A DNA stretch of 64,000 nucleotides, taken from NCBI RefSeq assembly GCF_000315625.1, contig NW_005434626.1:197448-261447 (forward strand), read 5' to 3'. The first letter of the stretch is position 1. The number at the start of each line of letters is the position of its first letter. The DNA comes from Guillardia theta CCMP2712. Taxonomy: Eukaryota; Protista; Cryptophyta. The notes beneath the pieces were generated by a model. That model saw nothing but the letters and a program-made list of their open reading frames with translations. It did no database searches and had not been told where the DNA came from. Shown in pieces: positions 30,601 to 43,100 of the stretch. Made by a program: the position numbers and the translations under genes.

Positions 30601-30730
30601 TCTGCTTTCTCAGCGCGGCCTCGAGCTCTGAGATCCTTCTTGTCGCTTCTTCCAACTTCTGCTTGAGTAGCGAGTCATCATGACCCTCCTCGGGTTTGAC
30701 TTTGGACGAGAAGCAGGGGAAGCAACTCAT
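27671..30730 (-). CDS. Mono-ADP-ribosyltransferase (R-S-E, NAD:arginine ART-like) domain plus C-terminal ankyrin repeats, about 990 aa, 2 exons
   Basis: GT-AG intron 29611-29697 joins LQLYTG|PMYFKYN in frame. ART motifs VWRG, GLLSTTTD and SQYPGEGEILYPP; about 8-9 ANK repeats (GHVEVVRYL). Confidence 0.85.
27760..28290 (-). repeat. Intragenic tandem array of five 105-bp (35-aa) ankyrin units
   Basis: ACCTC(C/A)ACGTGCCCT anchor at 27816, 27921, 28026, 28131 and 28236 (exact 105-bp period). Confidence 0.95.
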
Positions 30731-31570
30731 GTTACTTTCTCAGCCAAGGAAGAAACCTGCTACAGGAGCTTACATGAGCCGGTGTCAGATATTCTCTCCC
30801 CTCCACCACTCTCAGGCTCCCACCGAGTCCCTCCCTTTATGTCTCTCTGTCTCCGGATCTGCCCCTGTTGGTGGGTCGATGCATGGCAAAATAGCTATTT
30901 ACGAGCACATGAAGTGTTCATCTCAACAATTGCAGTGGACTCGTCATCAAAACACTTGACTAACACTGACTTCTCCTCTCTTGCTTACCTATGCATACCT
31001 TGTTACCTGTCATTCTTTTGCCCTGCTTCCTATACTATTTCCTCCTCTAACCACAAGTCTTTCTTCTCCAGTTCAAGGACCATTCGTGGAGGAAAGTGGG
31101 AGAGAAAAAAATGAGGCAGGAAACAAAAAGAATGCGAGGGAGATGGGGGTAAACAAAGAGAAAGAGAGAGGGATAGAGAGGGATCGAAAGAGAAGGAGCC
31201 GAAAAACAATCGATCGACCGTGCATACACAAGAGCTGGCTCGCTTCCATCGTTTCGGTTACGTCTTCGTCTTCTCAGTTCTTCTACTTCTCCTTTGCCTG
31301 CATATCTCTCACGAGCTAGTGACAAGATAAGCTTGTCGACATCATCGCTCAAGGAGCTCTCTCTCTCTCTCTCCTCCCGCACTGAGGTCCATGGAAGAGA
31401 CCCCGACCCTGTTCACGATGGCCATTTTGATCCTCTATGACGCTTCTTTACTCATAGTTGAATTCAAAATTAGTAGGACGTAAAGTAGGACGCTATGGCG
31501 GTTGCAAACAACGGCCCGGGGCCAACTCCCCCCCACTGGCACCATTTGACAACCGTTGAACATTCCCCCA

Positions 31571-32160
31571 CTCGTACTGCTTTTTAAGGCTTAACTTTGA
31601 GTAAATGTCCCCCACTCAGTCTGCCAGTGCCTACCCCATGATCTTATTACTGAGTTCGGAAGTTCAGGGCCCGGATAGTTCAGGGGTAGCCTAGTACGGT
31701 AGGGGTAGTTCCGAGTCAGGCCAGGCCCGGGCAGCGGCACTGCGCCGGCAATCATTGAACCCGGCGGCAGTGACCGGCGCCGCTGCCGGGCCCGCGGCGG
31801 CCGCAGCGCTGGGCCTCGCCGGCGACTCAGTGACCGTGCGGCCAGGCTGAGGCCCTGAGGTCCAGACCGGACGGTCGTCCCGCCGGAACTTGTGACGCCC
31901 GGTCACGCGGCCGGACCCCGGGCGGCGGCTCCGACCCCGAGTCAGTGAGTGGGCCGGGCCTCGGGCCCAGGCTCGCCGCCGCCGCCGGCCCCCGGCCGCG
32001 GGCCGGGCTAGAGTCTGGCCGGGCATCACCGGTCACCGTACGGTCCGACGGTCCGATCATCACGGTACGGTAGTACCGGGGCCGAGGACCGCAGTGCACT
32101 CCGCCGGGCCGGGAGGCCCGGCTCCGGCGGCCCGCCCGACAAGGCCTCCAGAACCATCTA
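31571..32160. repeat. Dispersed-repeat motif copy (31571-31605) followed by a GC-rich patch
   Basis: CTCGTACTGCTTTTTAAGGCTTAACTTTGAGTAAA matches the 26065 motif with small indels; 31720-32150 is extremely GC-rich. Confidence 0.7.
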
Positions 32161-32469
32161 GCGGCGCAGATTTGGGCATGGCTTGAAATGTTTCATTCGA
32201 TTCATCAAGTTTTGAAATTATGAAAATTGATTTCGGTCAATTTCAGACCTCCCAGGCGTGGAAACCCTGGCTCCAGCCATGGGACAGGGCATGGACGAGG
32301 GGCGTGCGAGTCTTGCACCGCAGACAATGGGCGAAGAAAGAGAGAATGGTGCTACTCTTTCCCTTTGAGTTGCTAGCTATCAGGCTACCTGCCCGCCTCC
32401 AACACGGCATCGCTCCCACAGGCGACCCTTCTGTTAAGTGAATCCCCTCTCAGATTTTCTCCTCGTCCC

Positions 32470-33459
32470 ATGGCTCCTCACATCAAGATGGACATGCTTC
32501 TTAGCTCGACTCCACAAGAACAACAGACCAGTCAAGTCATGAGGAGAAGTTCAAGCAATCCCTCCCTCATGGAAAAAGAGAAAATGAAGCAACCGCAGTC
32601 CGTCAGCACTAAGGTCCAGTCCTCACAGCCATGTTTGCTAATTCCGAACTCCCTGATCCACTCTTGTGTTTTTCCAACTTCAGGATATCTTCAAGAAGAG
32701 CATGCAGATGCTCTATGTGAACCCTGAAGGAAGTCACATCGAGGGAGTGGAGGTTTCTGCACCCTGCTGCATGCTGTAGCGCCTCACTTTTCGCAAGCCT
32801 CACGTCAAGCTGGATCTCATGGTGGGCATCTCCTGCTTGAGCTTTGCGCTCCTCGCTGTCTTCTACGGGATGATGGGCCGATACGCCATCTGTGCTGTTG
32901 TCTCCGTTGTAAGTCTCTTCATCCCAATCATCTCAAGATCTGCCAGCTGACGTTTTAAAGGTGACTGTCACCAGCGTTCTCTCCGACGCTGTCTTCCACG
33001 GGTGTACGACTCTTGACCTTATCGATCGATATGTCGCAACAGCAACTGCACTTGTGGTTGGGTACGACTGCTTCCGGTACGATCATCGAGCTTCGGTCTT
33101 GTCCCACTGAGCACTTTAAAAGATGGATGTGGGAAAAGCCGGTAGAACTGTCGGTTTGGGTTGTAGCGTTGCCGACACAGGTCTTCCTGGTGAGCTTACA
33201 TCACTCTTGTTGAGATTCATGCCTGATATGATAGCATCTCCTTGTTCTATCTCACCCGAGTGAAAGTTGCGGTTGTGTGAGCAGGTCGGTGCTGACTCTC
33301 TGTTCCCAGTGTATCGTGCCACTATGCTTCCTTGCCAAGTCGAGGAGCTGCCTCATCGGCTCGGAGGAATGGAGGTATGCTCACTCGCTCTGGCACATCA
33401 TGGCAGGGGTTTGCTGTGTTACAGCGTCTGCTCTGTCGCATTTCTGTTGGAATTCGTAG
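32470..33459 (+). CDS. Multi-pass membrane protein, possibly CREST superfamily (ceramidase/PAQR-like), multi-exon
   Basis: Hydrophobic exons, VTSVLSDAVF, and C-terminal WRYAHSLWHIMAG (HxxxH-type motif). Confidence 0.5.
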
Positions 33460-33792
33460 CTGTCTTATCATTATCCCTTCCCCTCTTGGCAGTAAACCTC
33501 TCACCTTCCGGCTGGTTCCTCTTCAGTCTCTCCCCGTGCTCTCCATCCCTGTATACTAAGGCAGTGCTCTCCCTTTCCCTCCATCTCCTCCCTGCCTCCC
33601 TCTTTCACCCGGCAGTCTCCTTCCATGTCCTCCTACTCCCACCCACTTCCACGCCTACCTCTTTTTTAAAAACCTCCTAATCTCCTCGCCCCCCCGCCCC
33701 CCCACTCGCCCGCCGCTGACTCCTCTGCGGCTGCTAACTAGTCTCTCCTCATCTCGACCTCTCCATCGCACCCGCAATTTCTTGTCACAGCC

Positions 33793-34971
33793 ATGGCCCG
33801 GTTTGTAGTTGCGGGCAACACAGTCTTGGATGTACACGTGGAGGAGGACGCAAGTAGTGAGCAGGGAAAGGGTAATCTACCATCTGACGAGGAGAGGTTG
33901 GATGGATGGGGATCCAACGTCAGTTTCCTCAGGTGCTCCCTTGCTCCCCTCGAAGCTTTCCTCTGACCTGAGCATGCAGGGCGCCCATTGTGCCCTCGCT
34001 GGGAGGGTGCGGAGCGGCGACTTCATGGCTGCTGGCAAAGCTGGGGAACGAGGTTGAGCTCGTGACGAACCTAGGGAGAGACACCTTCGGGATGATGTCA
34101 AAGAGTTGGTTGGATGCAGCAGGTAGAGCATGCAGTGTTGCTTGACGTGCCTCTCAACATCAACAGGGGTGAAGGTCGCTCCAAGTCAAGCCAACACAGC
34201 CGTGAATGTAATAAGAACTCGAGGCTCACAACGAATGTCGTCCTACTACAGGGGCGGAAAGCTTGTTTGGCAAGAATGCACAAGCTGCATGCCTTGCGGC
34301 TGGTTGTACATGTCAGGCTACAGCCTTGTCGACTCAGAGGACGTCAAGGACGTAAGTCAGCGGCCTTCATGAGCTGTCTTGACCCACACTGAAGATGATG
34401 GTGCTTGCTCGGCTGAGAAAGTTTGACAAGATCGCGCTCGACACCAGCCCATGGTTTGCAGGCAGGACATCAGCAGAGGAGATGCTTCAGGTACCTCCGC
34501 ACGTTCGACACGCGGAATAACCGCGAGATGCAGCTGTGGCAGCACATCGATGTCCTGTTGGGAACGGAAGAGGAGCTCTCTCACTGGACGGGAGGAGGGC
34601 AGGGGGAGCAACTTGCCCGAGCCTGCTGCAGGCATGGCCCAAAACTCGTCGTCGTCAAGCGCGGAGCAATGGGAGCAGCGTGGGCCACTGCACATGGAGG
34701 AGGAGAAGTGAAGGAGAATGAGGCGTGTTCAACCCTGAGACGCTTTCGGGCAGGTCGAGACCGAGACGATCGAAGGAAGGAGCTCGGTGGGAGCTGGAGA
34801 CTGCTTCAACGCCAGGCTGGTGCGATACTACAGTATGCTGCAGTCCTGCTCTGACAGGTTGCCCGGCAGCTGCACGGGCTAGCGAGGGGAGAGGAGGCAC
34901 AAGAAGCTGTGAGAGCGGCTGTCAAGGTTGCGACAGAGGTTTGTGATGCTGAGGCGCGGGCTGTGACCTGA
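33793..34971 (+). CDS. PfkB/ribokinase-family carbohydrate kinase, multi-exon
   Basis: N-terminal MARFVVAGNTVLDV, LGRDTFG, LVVVKRGAMGA and anion-hole motif SSVGAGDCFNA. Confidence 0.8.
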
Positions 34972-35114
34972 GGTGACGCTGCTTGCAGTTGGTGCGAGTG
35001 GGGAAGGGGATTGCGGGGATAGAACATAACATTCAACAACTCGTCTAGCTCCTCCTGCTGTCACCTTCACCTCACTCACATATTGGCACCCGTCACGCCA
35101 CGTGCTCTTTGCCG

Positions 35115-36518
35115 TCACTTCGCCTGACCTTGCACTAGTGCCCGTGGCCATGAGTTGGGCAGATTCACGTACGCCATGGTGAGCACCAAGAATGCTGGGA
35201 ACCTCAGGGTCCAAGGGAGGAGGACGCGCCAGCCATACAAGGAGCAAGGAAGGAGAGCTGGGCCGGGCTTTGCCAACAGTCTCCGAACGATCTCAGTGCC
35301 TTCTTCGGTCTTTCTCTGTCGGGGATGAACCTTGTTCTTGAGCTTCAAAGCCTTGCGGAGCGCTTCCTGTACCTCCTGCTTGTCCTTCCAATCCACGAGG
35401 AAGCCCTGCTCCTCGCCTTCAACCTGGCTGATGTACCCGCCTGCTCTCTGCAAGACGACTGCACAACATCAACTATCAGCACACCAAGCAGGAGCAGGGG
35501 AAACAAAGGAGGAGGAACAACACGATGAGATCTTACCAGGTGTTCCGCACAGCAGAGACTCATGGGCCGAGTTCCCGAGGCTCTCGAAGTCAGAGGCAGA
35601 AGCATGGATATCTGCTGCCTTGTACATGACTCGCAGCCGATCATGCGACACGAATTCGCGGAGGCAGATCACGCCCTCGTCTGGGTTGTGCATGGCATGT
35701 ATGGCGTCTGCCGCTCCCGATCCATCTCCATTACCAACGATGGCAACGATGAAGTCACGAGGCTTGTTCGCTACCAACAGCTCGATCCTCTTCTCCGCTG
35801 CCCATCGGCCCGCATAGATCATCAGCGGACGATGGGAGTTGCCGCCCGACAGGAGGTCCCTTGCCTTGCGTATCTCCTCGTCAGAGTCCCTCTGCTCGGC
35901 ATGAAAGGCGCCATACTGGTCGCTCTGCACCATCACTCCGTCACAGCAGATGCCGTGCAGGTTTCTCAGCTTCGCCTGGTATTCTTCAGACCTTGTGTAC
36001 ACCTTGCTTGCCAACGATGCAGTGAGTCTGTCAGTCCAGCTGTAGAGGTACCACCAAACCAACCTCTCAATCCCTTGATAGTACGTTCTCACAACCTGGT
36101 CGCTGTCTGTAGTGAAGATGACGAGCGATCTTATCCCCAAGATCTTTGCCATCAACAAACCAAAGGGAATGCACGGAGTATAGCTCCCGGAGACGATCAC
36201 AAGGTCGCTCTCCTTCAACAGCTTCCAGATTGACTTGAGCGCTCTCCAAGTGGGAAGCATCATAGGACAGTAATCAGTAAAGACAACATCAGCACTCTCA
36301 TGCTTGCCAGCGGCAAACATCTTCAGCTCGTATCCCTCCCGCACCAGCGCTGCACATAGCTTCTCCCTCATCGCACTGCCGCCTCCTGTGTGACCGGAGA
36401 ATGTTCCTATCCTGTTGGTGAGGATGAGAATAGATCCCGTCCTCCTCTGCCCTCTCTCTCCCCTCTCTGCTCCTCCCTTGCCCGCCATCGTCTCCGTGTC
36501 GCTACTGCCTCCTGCCAT
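35115..36518 (-). CDS. GT4 (GT-B) glycosyltransferase, SQD2-like
   Basis: LSGGNSHRPLMIYAGRWAAEKRIE, IVGNG, YKAADIHASASDFESLGNSAHESLLCGTP (E-x7-E); intron near 35465-35536. Confidence 0.85.
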
Positions 36519-36545
36519 GTTACTATTTGAGGCGCACCCCACCCG

Positions 36546-36592
36546 CCGTTACCCCAAAGTTGTTTCCGTTACCCTAAAGTTGTTTCCGTTAC
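36546..36592. repeat. 20-bp tandem repeat just upstream of the GT4 start codon
   Basis: CCGTTACCC(C/T)AAAGTTGTTT x2 plus CCGTTAC. Confidence 0.85.
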
Positions 36593-37053
36593 ATCAACGA
36601 AACGTAGAATGGAACGGCAAGTGTGGCCGTTATCAATCGGGGTGCACCACGTGGATTGGTGTCTTAGGAGACATGGGTGGGGTAGTATTGAAAGGGAAAA
36701 GGTGGGTACAAAATTGGAGGAAAATGGGGTGGTCCATGTTGATAATCTTGAGACAGGTGGGGTAGGGGTGAGAAGCAAGGAAAGGTATGGAATGCTAGGG
36801 GGAGCGAAGGAGGAGAGAGGTGAGGATGGGGAGGAGAGCGCGGAGAAAGCTTGAGAGACGGGAGAGATGCAGGAGAAATGACATGCAAACTATGCGTAAC
36901 AAACCTAGATAGATCTAGCCCAGAAAGAAAGAAACAGACAGCTCCAAGAGGAGGCTAATATTTGCATGTTGAAGCTGAAGGATCAAAGAACGCCCGAAAA
37001 ACTCACCAGCGTTCTCACGGATGATCTTCAGGAGGGAGATTAAAATTGCGTCA

Positions 37054-38194
37054 ATGATGAAGCTCTCTAGCGTCCTCTCACTCGTGTACTTCTTCTCCTG
37101 CGCTTCGGTCTCATGGGCTCAAACGTGTAAATTCAAGTGTGAAAACGGGAATAATCCTCGTCACCGGTGAACACATTTGTGGCCTTGAATTGATGTTGAG
37201 CACTGGATGACAGGGAAGGGCACAAACCAACGTTCAACGGATGTGGCGTGCCGGGTTTCATGATCGATTCCAAACACGGGCTGACGGAATGCTGCAATCA
37301 ACACGACATCTGCTATCACACATGGTGATGTTGAACCTTCCTACCTCTGCTGAATTGTGGCTGGGCAGTCAAACGGGGAAGAGTCAGAAGAAAGGGATGG
37401 AGATATGCGACAAGGACTTCGAGAAGTGCATGCTGGTACCTGTCGGGGGAGGGAAATGCGATGAGCTCACCTGTCCTCCGGTAGGATAAGTGTGCGAAGC
37501 TCAAGGGAAGTACAAGGAGCGACTGCGAGTCTGAAGCCAACATGATGTCAAGTGGAGTGCAGGCGAGCAGTCTGTCCCTACTCTCAGCTCTGACGAGGCT
37601 TGTCAGATGTTTGGTTGTCCTGCTTACCAGGTGATGCAGTGTGGTGGAGGTGAATGTCTCACCGTCACACCAGCAATCTCAAGCAGAAGCTTGCACCTGT
37701 GAATTGTCCACACAAGACAAGGTCTGCCCTCCACAAGCTTGTGCTGTGCAGCTCTCTCGAGTGTTTTGTTGTTCTCGCGGCGTTTCTCCTCATCTCTTTG
37801 CAGACCAACTGACAAACGTTGACAGGCTTTGAAACAACTGAGTGACGAAGACAAAGAGAGACTGATTGTGGAATTTTACAAGAAGCATGACAAGTCAAAG
37901 ACTGCTGGTGCTTCTCACAACTTGAATATTCGGATCCTTCTTACATGGTTCATGTTCAGAGAAGATAAAGGATATTGTCAAGGGATCAAAAGACAACAAG
38001 AAGTTCCTTGCTTTGTGTCGAATGTGTCGTCACAATGTTTCTTTCTCCTCTCTTGACTGGTTTTGAAGGCTGGAGGAGAAATACGGGGAGCACCCCTCTA
38101 CTTTTCTTTCAGGTACTCGAATATGGGGATGGGTTGACGGAATAACACGACATTAGAGCTGGGCACTGAGAAGGACTCGAATCCTGAGCTCTAG
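37054..38194 (+). CDS. Secretory phospholipase A2, group XII-like, multi-exon
   Basis: Signal peptide, then CKFKC..KPTFNGCG...TECCNQHDICY...CDKDFEKC...FGCPAYQ..Q.EACTC; ends NPEL. Confidence 0.82.
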
Positions 38195-38465
38195 AGACGC
38201 AGAATGTGCAGGATGATAGTTTTCGAAGTCATCTGACTCGTCAGACAGTCAGTAGAACACTTCATCTTTCACCATTGACACAGGGAGATAACATTAATGT
38301 ACAATCGAAAGGAAATAAAAGTTATGATGACAATCATGTTCGAGGATGTATCTTGATTGAACTGAGTGGAGCTGTGCGTCTCTTGTCCTTTCTTGAGTCT
38401 TCCCAGCCATCATGTCAGCCACGTCACCGAGACGTGTCAGTTGCACTCACCTCTCTTGTTCAGAT

Positions 38466-39517
38466 TTATCTTCTCCATTTGCTTCTTCGCCCACTGCTGA
38501 CACTGTTGGAGGAGGAATCAGATTGCTTGCACGCAAAGAGAGGAACCAAACCTCGTTTGTTCGACTTGGTTTGCAATACATGGAAAGGTTCCGAGAAGTA
38601 CGGAACATCGAGACCCGGTTGACATGCACAAGAATCTGCCAAAATGTCACGAGCAGCTTGTGTCCACAGAATGAATGCAACATGTAAAATCTTGTGCAGA
38701 TGCTCCTTGAGTTGATCATAAAGCATTAGGTCGTGGTCTGTGAAGAAATCGACCTGGAGGACAATCAGACAACGTGCAAGGTTGTTGTCAGTCGGATCCT
38801 CACGTTGGAAGTTTCGAGCGTTTGTTGAGAGTCCCACTTCTTCTTCATCTCCAGCACTTCCTCTCCCACTTCGAAGTCTTGGATCTCCTTGAGGCTCATC
38901 TCGAGGATCTGATACTTCTCGATGACAAACTCGTTGATGATTCTGACAGCAGCGTTGACCTCCTCCACTCTCACATCCTCCCGGATGATCTGCGGGATCC
39001 CTCGGAACTGATTTGCTGTCAGCTCGTCACAGAAGACGGGGATCTCGTCCTGATCTCTTGCGGCGTTGGAGATGTACAGGTCAGGGTCGCCGAGTTGCAG
39101 GAGCGTCTGATAGACGAAGCTGTAGAACAAGATAGAGAAGATCTTCTCCAGTATGTAGATGGGATAGAAAGCCTCCATCGTCCAGAAGAGATTGGTCGGT
39201 ATGAACCTCGCGTATGCTCCGATGCGATAAGCTTTCGATGCTATGAGAAACACCGCATAGAGGGGAAAGGTGACAGCCAGGTTCCTGAACCTGCTGAGCA
39301 TGTCGCCGAATCGACCAGATCGCATAAACTTCGTTCTTGTCAGCATGATGAAGATCAAGACGACGGTACAGAGAGGAAAGGAAACTTGCAGGCAGGTCAA
39401 GAGGATCACAATCCCGATCTGCGCGCTAAGGGGATCCATGAGACTGTTCAGTCCAATGTCCAGGAAGAGCACCACACACACAGACACGGGGGTGAAGTTA
39501 TTGGTCAGAAAATCCAT
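38466..39517 (-). CDS. TMEM138: TMEM138-like transmembrane protein with an in-frame C-terminal SKA1-like domain
   Basis: Four TM segments, D.GLNS, T.F.RSG...L.RF and terminal LGDPDLY as in TMEM138. The ORF continues without a stop; 50-nt GT-AG intron 38754-38803 keeps frame. Confidence 0.78.
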
Positions 39518-40119
39518 TGGCGCAAAGGTTTCACTTTAGTCAGATTACATCCAGGTCAATCATCACGCTAAACCGACCACCCTGCAAACAGATGTGAGAA
39601 TCTTCGGTAGGTGAAATCCTTCTCCAAGTGTGAAGACCTTGACAACAACCCAATCAACATAAAGTAACTGACTTCGCCCATCACCACCATCCACTCTCCA
39701 CCCTCTTTCTCTTTTCGAGACCGGCAAGGAGTGCATTAAAATCAATTTCACAACACAAGCAGTCTCTTGTCCAACCAACTATCTCTCTGCTGATTCTATT
39801 TCTTTTGCTCTCATTGCCCATGACGCATTCCATCAACGTCAACACGTCGATGATGAAACTTCTCTTCATCTTCCCCCATTTCCCTCCCATTTTCATTCAT
39901 CTAGAATGCGTTTGAATCATTTCCCCCGCCTAGCCAGGCCTACCCCTACCTACCTCTATGACTGCATGGACCCACCACCCTAACCAACTGGATTATCATA
40001 CACCACTACCCCTAAGATATCAGGAGAAGGACCCCTGGTCCAAGGTGATCCCCCGCCTAATAGCCCGTGAGATGGAGAGGGAGGGAGGACGGTAGTCGAT
40101 GCTGGGGGTGACCGGAGGC

Positions 40120-43100
40120 ATGGGAAGCTCGGCAGACGCAAGCGAGCTCAAGAGGGAGATCAAAGCATGGGAGCACTCGTTCGTGAGCGCTCATGGACAC
40201 AAGCCGAAGCATGAAGATATCCTGAAAGAGAAGAATATCGCTGCGTTGTATCGAGCATACAGCAAACTGACTAATACGATCAAGCAGACCAATGATGTAA
40301 AAAGTACAACATTGCAAGCTATCCAAGCAAACCAAAAACAGTGTGACGTTGCCCATTCCAGTAAGAAGATCAATGCCGATACAAATGGGCAGTCGGCAAG
40401 CAAAGCTTTGGCGAGCATGGTCCGAACGCTTTTCAATGCGCCGAACGTTTCGTTAAGATTAAGCGGAGGAAGTTTGACGAACAAGAGGCCAAAGAATGAT
40501 GAGAGCGAGAGAGCGAGGCCTCAACGCAATGAGGGTGGAAATCAAACAAGCCCGGTTTCTTGCGACAATGAGAGCAAAGAACCAAACACAAAGAAAATTT
40601 GTCTGCTGACTGTGGCAGAGAAGGGGGAAAGTGTAAGCGAGGTAGATGAGATTCAAGTGCCGACACCTGTGACATGTCGCAAGAGAAATTCTCAACCTTC
40701 TTCTCTTCTCCTCATGAGATCTTCATTGAGGAGTCCTCTTTCGGACAAACCTCGCTTGGAGCCAACCGACCTCAATCCGTTTCAGTCCTCCAAGATCTTT
40801 GAGGACAAGAAGGAGAGCAAGAAGGCACAAGTTGATGACGATGATAGACCCATCATCTCGACCGTTCAGTCATCGTCAAACAAATCTGCCGATGCTGACA
40901 CTGAGCGCGAGGCACAGACTCTGTTGTCTATCGTCTCTGATCCGATGGAAGCCCTCGCCTCGATGGATGTCATGCCCAACTACCGCGCGACCATGAAGAA
41001 TGAGTCGGCATACTTCGAGTCCAAGTTGCATCCTCTGCAGGTCAAACGATCGAAGAAAGAGGGGACGGCGCCGATACGAGAAAACTTTGTGAAGTTGCAG
41101 ATGAAGGGCAAGAAGAAATTCAAGGGCAGAGGCAGCAGGTCTGGAGGCTGTGTTCCTATGGGAGGAAAGACCAAGAAGTATACTGTTTACAAAGGGAAGG
41201 TTAGGTACAAGGGCAAGAACAACTGTCTGAGATGCGGGAAGAAAGGACACTGGGCGAAAGACTGCCCGCTGGTCGTTGGGGACAAGGATGCTGTGGGGGC
41301 AGAAGATGAAGAGAAGTTGTACAACATTGTCGATAGTCTAAAGTCAAAGGAGGAGGTGAAGACAAAGAAAGAACATCGTGATCAGAAGGTTGATGCTGAG
41401 GGAGAATCTTCTGTGGCGGATGTGACCGGAGAGCACCATGATCCGGGAGAAGCCAGTCCCGCAAGGCAAAAACGTGAGGACGATGACATCCTCTCGACTT
41501 TGCAGAATGTTTTCGGTCACTCACAGTTCCTGGAAGGCCAAGAAACAGTCCTGCAGAGGGTGCTGGCAGGAGAGTCGACGCTGTTCGTCTCAGCAACAGG
41601 AGGAGGAAAGTCCCTGTGCTTCCAGCTGCCGTCCTGCCACTTGAAAGGATCGATCCTCGTTATATCTCCTCTCCTCTCTCTCATCCAAGATCAGCTCGAG
41701 CACATGCCAGGTGGAGTCGCAGCTGCCACCTTGAACAGTACGCAGAGCTACGAGGAGTATCAACGAGTGGTCGAGGGGCTGCGGGCGGGCAAGATCGACA
41801 TACTTTTCATCGCTCCCGAGAGGCTGATGACCGACTCTTTCCTCTCTCTCGCCTCGTTCCTCCCGCCCTTCTCTCTTGCCTGCGTCGACGAGGCTCATTG
41901 CCTGTCAGAGTGGGCCCACAACTTCCGTCCCTCGTGCGCACCCAGAGCTCGATGGCCTGCCAGCTGACTTGACACCGCAGGTACTCGCGGCTGAACATGC
42001 TCATCCGACAACACCTCAAGATCCCCACGATACTCGCCCTGACTGCCACGGCCACGAAGGTGATGGAGCGAGACATACGAGACGCCCTCAGCATCCCCGA
42101 GGAAGGGACTGTGCGGGTCGGGATAGTCCGCCCCAACCTCTTCCTCTCGGTCTCTCGGGAGCAGAGCAAACGGTCTGCGCTGGTTCAGCTTCTGCGAGAG
42201 GACAAGTGCTTCAGCAAAGGCAGTGTAAGCTACCTCTTCAATGGCGTGCTCACCTCCCTCCCTCCCTCCCTCGCTTCCTTCCTTCCTTCCTTACCTTCCT
42301 CCCTCTCTCCCTCCCTCCCTCCCTCCCTCTTTGACATCCTCCTCTCCCTTCTCACTTAGTTTGCAGGTCATTGTCTACTGTCAGCTCCGGTCTGAGTGCG
42401 AGGAAGTCGCCAAGTTGCTCTCCTACCACAAGCTCTCCGCCGATTTCTATCATGCTGGTCGACCACACAAGGACAGACAAAGAGTGCAGAACAAATTCTT
42501 CGACGGCAAGCTTCGGGTGCTTTCCTCTTCTTGTCCCCTCATTCCTTCACATACCGTCTTCCTCTCCTCTCCTCTCCTCTCCTCTCCTCTCCTCTCCTCT
42601 CCTCTCCTTTCCTCTCTCCGTGTCCCCTTCACTGTTTTCCTCATCTTCTCATTTTTCAACCATCTGAGCAGATAGTCGTCGCAACAGTTGCCTTTGGGAT
42701 GGGGATCGACAAGCGTGATGTGCAGGGAGTGATCCACTTCAGCTGCCCCGACAGCATCGAGAGTTACGTGCAGGAGATCGGAAGGGCAGGACGAGACGGA
42801 CGCGAAGCTTTCTGTCATCTCTTCTACGACTTCGACGACTTTGAGAGGAAGAAAAGTTACGCGTATTCCGATGGCATCGAGCGAATGAACGTGAGGCCAA
42901 CTCCTTCCTACTCTCCTTTCTGCATCCTCCTCCTCCTCCTCTTCCTCCTCCTCCTCCTCCTCCTCCTCCTTCTACCTCCCCCTCCCCCTCTCCTCCGCTT
43001 CTCTGCCTGCTCTCCTTCTGATCCTCCAACTCTCCGCAGGTAGAGGCCATGATCAAGTATGTCCTCAAGGACAAGTCGGCAGGGACGATGGTGGCAATCC

